Source of the DNA: Candidatus Thorarchaeota archaeon
GTDB taxonomy: Archaea > Asgardarchaeota > Thorarchaeia > Thorarchaeales > Thorarchaeaceae
Direction of reading: 5' to 3'
Assembly: GCA_013138615.1 (NCBI GenBank)
Contig: WTCK01000070.1
Span: 1-50,034 of the forward strand
Length of the DNA stretch: 50,034 nt
This document shows, in pieces, positions 44,758 through 50,034 of this stretch. Every line of letters begins with the position of its first letter. Positions within the stretch are counted from its first letter, which is position 1. Under the pieces are notes generated by a model. It saw nothing but the letters and a program-made list of their open reading frames with translations, did not search any database and was not told the DNA's origin. Both the position numbers and the translations under genes were made by a program.

Positions 44758-45975
44758 TCAGAGCAAATGCTCACATATCAAATGGAGACCGTCTATCAAA
44801 CGATCAACTGCTTCAAGGGAATTATAGACATGTAGGGACGCCTGTACAATTCCTTCTGGTGATATGGGCCTGATTAGGGGATGAGCACAAACAAGTCCGC
44901 TTCTTACAGCTATGTTGGACTCATCCAGAAAGAGAGCGACATCATGACAGCTCATGCTGCCGTTGTGTCCTAGATTGAATCCAAAGATGGTGGTTCTGTC
45001 GGTTGGCGTACCATATACGGTCAAGCATTTCATGTCATTCAACCGATCAACCATATGACGAGAGAGCATCCTCATGTGGCTATGAATGTCATTTTGATGG
45101 AGATTGGATAGATAATCGATTGCTGCTCCTAGGCCAGCAATAGCAGGAATATTGATTGTTCCCGATTCAAATTTGTCAGGTTGAAATGAGGACTCGAATG
45201 AGGTTTTCTCTACGTTTGCCACTGAAGACCCCCCTACGATTCCAGGAATGTGTTTGGTGCCTAGTGCCTTTGTGATCCATTGAACTGAAAGACCTGGAGG
45301 ACCCATTAGCCCAATATTGCCCGAGAATAGCAGAATGTCGGCCTTGAGTGAAGTAGGTGGTGTATCAAGGAAAGCAACAGAACGCGAAATATCAGTCATG
45401 AGCAAGGATTCATTCTCGTGGACGATTTTTGCGACTTCTTCAATTGGGTTGGACACACCGATGCCCACAGTCACATGACCAACTGCGACAAGTCCTGTCT
45501 TCTCGTCAATTGTATCTTTAACCGCTTCTACGTCTAGAATGCCGTTTTTGTCTACAGGGATTGTTTCGACCTGAAGATTAAGAACTTGGGCTGCTCTCAG
45601 AAGTGCAACTAATACTGAATGTTCCTCGCTCTGAGAGATGATGATTTTGTTTCGTTGTTCTTTTTTCCAGTCAATGCCGTACACAAAAGAAGCGACTGCT
45701 GATGGAATTGACTTCTGAAAGGAAACCTGCTCCTTGTCAGTATTTAGGAATGTAGCTAGCTTTGCACGAACATCTTCAACTACGGCGCTTCCATTGACTG
45801 CTAGTTTGTAGGCTCCACGTCGTGAAGACACCACCGTTGATGTTAGAAACGTGGTCATCGCATCTATGGCAGTCTTTGGAACCAAAGTGGTGCTTGCAGA
45901 ATCGAAATAGGCAAGGTCCGGATAGTTGTCATAGATGCTAAATTCCTTCTTTACGTCATCCGGATTGATTGGCAT
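44758..45975 (-). CDS. Class V aminotransferase-fold, SufS/CsdA-like protein lacking the PLP-binding lysine
   Basis: Collinear with E. coli SufS by eye (FDSASTT; ...AIAGLGAAIDYL; VRSGLVCAHPL versus VRTGHHCAMPL). However, FSGHK is FSGNI here (codons 45313-45318). The maximal ORF starts at 46008; ATG 45975 (MPINPDD) is likelier. Confidence 0.75.
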   Translation of the reverse strand: MPINPDDVKKEFSIYDNYPDLAYFDSASTTLVPKTAIDAMTTFLTSTVVSSRRGAYKLAVNGSAVVEDVRAKLATFLNTDKEQVSFQKSIPSAVASFVYGIDWKKEQRNKIIISQSEEHSVLVALLRAAQVLNLQVETIPVDKNGILDVEAVKDTIDEKTGLVAVGHVTVGIGVSNPIEEVAKIVHENESLLMTDISRSVAFLDTPPTSLKADILLFSGNIGLMGPPGLSVQWITKALGTKHIPGIVGGSSVANVEKTSFESSFQPDKFESGTINIPAIAGLGAAIDYLSNLHQNDIHSHMRMLSRHMVDRLNDMKCLTVYGTPTDRTTIFGFNLGHNGSMSCHDVALFLDESNIAVRSGLVCAHPLIRPISPEGIVQASLHVYNSLEAVDRLIDGLHLICEHLL

Positions 45976-46031
45976 GGTTCGGCATTGTTTGCTACACGTT
46001 TTTAACATCGCGCTATGGTGGGTGTTTCTGA

Positions 46032-47042
46032 TTGGTATTGAATCTCCAAGCTATCGAGGGTTTTTTCCTAATTACCGATGACGATCATATCTTTGAGGTG
46101 AAAGATGTTGTTCACCCCAAGAATCGAGTTGTTGCATACCTGAGGTATTTGCCTACCCAGGATGGAGACCATGTTTCTTCTGGGGGAGTTCGGTATAGAA
46201 AAATTACTTCATTGAAAGAACGTGAAAACTATCTGCAAAAAGAGCATAGTGAATACCTTTGGTTTGATGAAACCCGTGGACGGCTTTTACAGGGTGTGCC
46301 CTTGAATAGGATTGCATTTGCCCTCGATCCAGTTGACTGTCTGCGTCAATTTAGAGACATGGGACGACATTCAAGCCCATTGCAGCAGGCATCTTTAGAC
46401 TTGGCCCAAACATTGATTGACAGAACGGGAATTGAATGGGAATCTATTGGACTTACAGGGTCTCAACTGGTTGGGCTTGCCTCAAGTGAATCTGACATTG
46501 ACCTCGTGATTTACGGTGAAAAGCCAGCTAGGAAGGTACACTCCATTCTGAAGGAGCAGTTTCACGGGATTGAAGATTTGGGTTGGTATGCAGGTGCGCT
46601 ATTGGATAAGCATACAACATTCAGATGGGGCGAAACACCTCGATGGCGTGATGTCTTACGGAAAGTTGAATCAGGCAAGGTTTTACAAGGACTCTTCGGT
46701 GGGTACGAGTTCTTCATTCGGATGGTTAAGTCACTGGATGAAATTGGATACGAATACGAGGATTTTAGGATTCATAATGAAGGAACGCTAACAATCAAGT
46801 GTCATGTGATTGATGATCATGAGTCAATCTTCACTCCGTGTGTGTATGGAGTTCAATGCGATAAACTTGGCAATCTAAGAAGACTTGTGAGCTACCGAGG
46901 ACGTTTCACAGAACAGGTTTCAAAGGGAATGGACGTGGAAGCCAAAGGACGACTTGAATCCGTTACAGATACACGGTCTGGAGAAAAGTTCGGTCAGTTA
47001 GTGCTTGGAGAGAATTGGGATGACTACCTAATACCCCTTTGA
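46032..47042 (+). CDS. Pol-beta-superfamily nucleotidyltransferase-domain protein with C-terminal OB-like region (archaeal COG1665-like)
   Basis: 336 aa with a TTG start. The nucleotidyltransferase signature is GLTGSQLVGLASSESDIDLVIYG. The C-terminal beta-rich segment (TIKCHVIDD...VEAKGRLESV) looks OB-like. The family assignment is tentative. Confidence 0.5.
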   Translation: MVLNLQAIEGFFLITDDDHIFEVKDVVHPKNRVVAYLRYLPTQDGDHVSSGGVRYRKITSLKERENYLQKEHSEYLWFDETRGRLLQGVPLNRIAFALDPVDCLRQFRDMGRHSSPLQQASLDLAQTLIDRTGIEWESIGLTGSQLVGLASSESDIDLVIYGEKPARKVHSILKEQFHGIEDLGWYAGALLDKHTTFRWGETPRWRDVLRKVESGKVLQGLFGGYEFFIRMVKSLDEIGYEYEDFRIHNEGTLTIKCHVIDDHESIFTPCVYGVQCDKLGNLRRLVSYRGRFTEQVSKGMDVEAKGRLESVTDTRSGEKFGQLVLGENWDDYLIPL

Positions 47043-47068
47043 TTATCAAATTCACTGTATTAACACTA

Positions 47069-47482
47069 ATTCACACTATTCTGTTGTGAATGGCGCCATA
47101 ATTGTGAATCATTAAGAGAAATCGGGGATTATAGGCCTCCATTGTATGCAAAAGGAGTCCATAATGCTGCTCATCCTTGTGAATGGACACACCCCTCCGT
47201 TTCCACTGGAACTGAGTAGGAAGAGTTCTTTATCCCTTGTAGGCTATTCACAAGCCGTATATTTTAGTGAATGCTTGAAGATATGGAGTAATGGCTTATT
47301 TTTTCATTTAAAGGTCTATCCGGCCTTATTATGCACAATATGGAGTGTACAGCATGTTACTACAAGAAAATCGTGATGGGGAGGTCTTGAACGTATACAG
47401 ACGCAATATCTTGCGCTTACCTAGGTATAGGCAATTCACATACTCACATTTATCTGCAAAATGTGTGTAGTTCATTGTGAAT
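47069..47482. repeat. Dispersed octamer TTGTGAAT / ATTCACAA array in an intergenic region
   Basis: Exact TTGTGAAT occurs at 47084-47091, 47102-47109, 47177-47184 and 47475-47482. The exact reverse complement ATTCACAA occurs at 47246-47253. The 7-mer ATTCACA occurs at 47069-47075 and 47434-47440. All lie within a 480-bp non-coding gap. Confidence 0.7.
47191..47214 (-). promoter_or_regulatory. Origin recognition box (ORB)-like Orc1/Cdc6 binding element
   Basis: The minus strand reads CAGTTCCAGTGGAAACGGAGGGGT. This is a TTCCA-G-TGGAA dyad followed by AAC and a GGGG(T) G-string. As I recall it, this matches the ORB consensus defined at Sulfolobus, Pyrococcus and Aeropyrum origins. Confidence 0.55.
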
Positions 47483-47523
47483 AGAGGTAGTTTGGACCCC
47501 CTATTCGGAATGTTGATGGGATC

Positions 47524-48150
47524 ATGGCGGAAGGCGAAAGGACCAATTACGTTTACGAGTTCACCTACAGCTCTGGACCCGGTCTACGCGAGATCTTTCA
47601 ATGCAAGTACGTCAGACCAGATGAAGCTCTCAATCGCTTTCAAAAGATTCTTTCACTTACCCAATCACCTTTTGACTTCAAGATTCTGGTTTCTGATGAG
47701 TCGACTGGAGAAGAGTCTAGCTTCCAAGTAAAAGGGAACCCCGAAGAGATGGTTGGAAAGTTTAAGGTGTTCTTGGAAACTAGTACAGGCTACACATTTG
47801 CCCCAACAATTGAAGAGTTGGCAGATGCGGATTTCGAAGACATTAGCTATGAATCTATGAGCAACTATGATAAAGTGCAGATGATAATCTATGCCTCGTT
47901 CAAACATGGTAAGTTTTCATCATTAGATGTAGCAGAAATCTATGAGTCTACGTTTGAGGAAGACCTGCCGAAAAGCACTGCATCAACGTACCTCGCACGG
48001 ATGTGGAACAACGGCGAAGCCCATCTAGAGAGACATGGCAACAGATCGGGCTATACATACCGTCTCAAGACAGAGCTACCAGAAGTTCAAAGTGATATTG
48101 AAAGAGCGGAAGAAGTACTGGCAGCGATTCAGATACGAATTGGCAAGTAA
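47524..48150 (+). CDS. Hypothetical acidic protein with C-terminal winged-helix-like domain
   Basis: 208 aa. The C-terminal segment DKVQMIIYASFKHGKFSSLDVAEIYESTF...KSTASTYLARMWNNGEAHLERHGNRSGYTYRL has the H1-H2-H3-wing pattern of wHTH proteins. I recognise no family. Confidence 0.55.
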   Translation: MAEGERTNYVYEFTYSSGPGLREIFQCKYVRPDEALNRFQKILSLTQSPFDFKILVSDESTGEESSFQVKGNPEEMVGKFKVFLETSTGYTFAPTIEELADADFEDISYESMSNYDKVQMIIYASFKHGKFSSLDVAEIYESTFEEDLPKSTASTYLARMWNNGEAHLERHGNRSGYTYRLKTELPEVQSDIERAEEVLAAIQIRIGK

Positions 48151-48236
48151 GTTGTTTTTCAGAGCAACTATGCTGCATGGATTGTTCTGTTCTTGAGGGT
48201 GTAGTTTGTAAGTGGCCCCGAGTTGGGGGCTCTAGC

Positions 48237-49553
48237 TCACAGTGCTGTAATGCGATCCTCAAGCTTGATTCCAAGGCTTTCAAGTTCGCTTAGAATCGGC
48301 TCGTATAGCTCAGACATGATTGGTCTGTGGACTCCGGTTAGGGTGCTTCGCCCTTCAAGTATCATTCTGCTTGCTACCGCTACAGGTAGTGCAACAGTTC
48401 GTGACATTGAGCTGTCCCCATTTGGAATACCATAATCAATCAGTGTTGATGTTATCTTCTCCTTCTTGTCGCTGTACTCTGCTATGAACTCGTGATGCAT
48501 GACTATCATATCACGCTCTCCAGGAGCATACTGCATCTTCTCTTCAAAGAGATGACATAGTGCATCAAGATATGTTGTGATGTTCGAAGGAACCTTTGTA
48601 TCATTGAAGAGGCCAAGCCAGTCCAGACGGGTAATGATTGGGTCACTCTTCTTGAGACCGGCTGCTTCAGCAACTGCACCCTGTATATCGCCATTTTTGG
48701 AATCTATCAGCTTTCGCATCATGTCTGCGTATGTCATGTTTTCAAAGACATGTTCATCAAGTTCTAGTAAGCCCAAATCTGCGATTTTCTTGAGCGTGGT
48801 GCACCAACCGGGGTTTCTGAAAGTTCCACGTAGCATTGTTTTTGTTTCTGATACATTGTAGATGTCAATGTAGGATGTACTATCCCTGTTGGGATATCCT
48901 TCAAACTTCCCCATACCTGGAACCTCCATCATCTCATAATTATCAAAGAGTTCAGGACCCGGAATCACTACATCCTTGCCATCACGCAGGAAGTGAGCAT
49001 CGTTCCTACCTGCAAGAAGAACGCCTCTTGGACTCCAAGAGAGTTTGTAACCAAATGGATTGTTGTTGGCATCAGGAGCAGGAAGTCCTCCAGTGAAAGA
49101 TGTGAAACTTATGACTTTGCCGTCTTTGTTGTGAATGTCATCGATTATCTTCATGGCACTCATGTGGTCGATTCCAGGATCAACTCCACACTCATTCAGT
49201 ACCAAGACTCCTGCTTTCTTTGCCTCATCATCCAGGGCTTGCATTTCGTCGGAAATGTATGAAGTTGTGCAGAATGGCTTGCGATATTTGATTGCTAGTT
49301 TCGCAGCTTTCACGTGGTAGGTGTAAGGTAGCAATGAACAAGTCAAATCAGCTTCGGCAATTAGCTTGTCAAGTAGTTCATCATCGGTCTTGATATTTAG
49401 AGTGACAGCTTCTGCGCTCTCACATCCTTCAATCAATCGCTCGGCCTTGCTCTTTGTTCGACTGGCCACAATGACATGATATCCATGTTTGCACAAGTAT
49501 TGAATGTACGGGCGGGCTACGAGACCCGCACCAAGACAGAGTACTTTCTGCAT
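48237..49553 (-). CDS. Saccharopine dehydrogenase/reductase (LYS9/AASS-SDH-like)
   Basis: 438 aa. The N-terminal Rossmann motif is KVLCLGAGLVARP. CGVDPGIDHM and the overall length are typical of the saccharopine dehydrogenase (glutamate-forming) family. Confidence 0.8.
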   Translation of the reverse strand: MQKVLCLGAGLVARPYIQYLCKHGYHVIVASRTKSKAERLIEGCESAEAVTLNIKTDDELLDKLIAEADLTCSLLPYTYHVKAAKLAIKYRKPFCTTSYISDEMQALDDEAKKAGVLVLNECGVDPGIDHMSAMKIIDDIHNKDGKVISFTSFTGGLPAPDANNNPFGYKLSWSPRGVLLAGRNDAHFLRDGKDVVIPGPELFDNYEMMEVPGMGKFEGYPNRDSTSYIDIYNVSETKTMLRGTFRNPGWCTTLKKIADLGLLELDEHVFENMTYADMMRKLIDSKNGDIQGAVAEAAGLKKSDPIITRLDWLGLFNDTKVPSNITTYLDALCHLFEEKMQYAPGERDMIVMHHEFIAEYSDKKEKITSTLIDYGIPNGDSSMSRTVALPVAVASRMILEGRSTLTGVHRPIMSELYEPILSELESLGIKLEDRITAL

Positions 49554-49555
49554 TA

Positions 49556-50034
49556 TTATTTCTCCTTGGTTAGTAAGTGTTTTTTGAGATATTCGTAATT
49601 CTTGGTCAGTTCTCCGTTATACACAATTGTTGCATCCTTGAGCTCTCTGGGAAGCGTGAGCTGACCAAAAGGAACTGTGAAATCAGCGTTTGCTAGAGCA
49701 GGTATGAAATCTAGCAGAGTTTCGCTGAATGAAGTGGATGATTCGCGTGGAAGCTCTGTGGGGAGATTGTCTACTGCCATGACAACTGGCCCATTGCCTT
49801 CTACGCCCAAAACCGCACGATCTTCGTCCACGAGGTAGATGAATGCGGGCTCGCCAGCATCAGTACACTGAAGAGTGAATTCCATTGCGCCGTTAACATC
49901 ACACGATATATCTCCGACAATTCGTAGGCGGCGAGTAGGATCATTCCAGTGCTTTTGGATGAAGTCCTTTGTAACTAGACGTGGGGACTTCTTCGTCCAG
50001 TAGATGCAGTTCATTAGCATCGCTAGATGAGAAA
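49556..50034 (-). CDS. Lysine-ketoglutarate reductase / alanine dehydrogenase-fold protein (AASS-LKR-like), C-terminal part. The N-terminus lies outside the window.
   Basis: The frame stays open to the window edge (..SHLAMLMNCIYW). NCIYW.....PRLVT and VGDISCDVNGAMEF resemble the LKR domain of eukaryotic AASS (I.GIYW....PRLLT / ISDISAD.GGSIEF, from memory). It ends 2 nt before the SDH gene. Confidence 0.7.
   Translation of the reverse strand, partial: SHLAMLMNCIYWTKKSPRLVTKDFIQKHWNDPTRRLRIVGDISCDVNGAMEFTLQCTDAGEPAFIYLVDEDRAVLGVEGNGPVVMAVDNLPTELPRESSTSFSETLLDFIPALANADFTVPFGQLTLPRELKDATIVYNGELTKNYEYLKKHLLTKEK

Noticed and set aside
1-50034. CRISPR arrays, rRNA genes and large tandem repeats
   Set aside because: No regularly spaced direct repeats and no rRNA-like conserved stretches were seen in any non-coding gap. 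Every gap over 150 bp was read individually. The only repeat-type signals are a tiny tandem GTTGAAAT x2 at ~1708-1723 and the octamer array at 47069-47482, which is reported above.

Overview
Densely coding archaeal chromosomal segment: about 45 protein genes, 3 tRNAs, no rRNA, no CRISPR array, and no transposase or integrase that I can recognise. The archaeal assignment rests on MCM, GINS, Orc1/Cdc6, RFC small and large subunits, Hel308, HerA/NurA, TFB, a GPN-loop GTPase, isopentenyl phosphate kinase and an intron-containing tRNA. TTG and GTG starts are frequent. TGA, TAG and TAA are all used as stops. Layout: (i) 1-7.2 kb: DUF460 nuclease-like gene, then a pyrG-nurA-herA-coiled-coil operon. 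(ii) 7.3-9.7 kb: a three-gene MglA-like GTPase / unknown / tandem-Roadblock operon. (iii) 10-17 kb: housekeeping and RNA-modification genes plus a tRNA-Pro with two introns. (iv) 17.4-27.2 kb: a replication-gene island (hel308, mcm, gins, rfcS, rfcL, orc1/cdc6). (v) 27.6-41.2 kb: the least ordinary part. It holds an orphan korA, two very large sequon-rich secreted proteins, an RPB8-like protein, a TFB paralog, a VirB11/FlaI-family secretion ATPase, a Flp-like (class III signal peptide) mini-pilin, tRNA-Glu and a 1250-aa membrane-anchored HerA/VirB4-like ATPase. I flag this block as a candidate uncharacterised surface-filament or DNA-translocation system. (vi) 41-50 kb: ipk, rps10, glmS, a SufS-like protein lacking the PLP lysine, and a 480-bp intergenic region with a near-canonical origin recognition box plus a repeated TTGTGAAT octamer (candidate replication origin). 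This part ends with adjacent split saccharopine-pathway genes. All functional calls come from motif recognition by eye. No database search or computation was possible.
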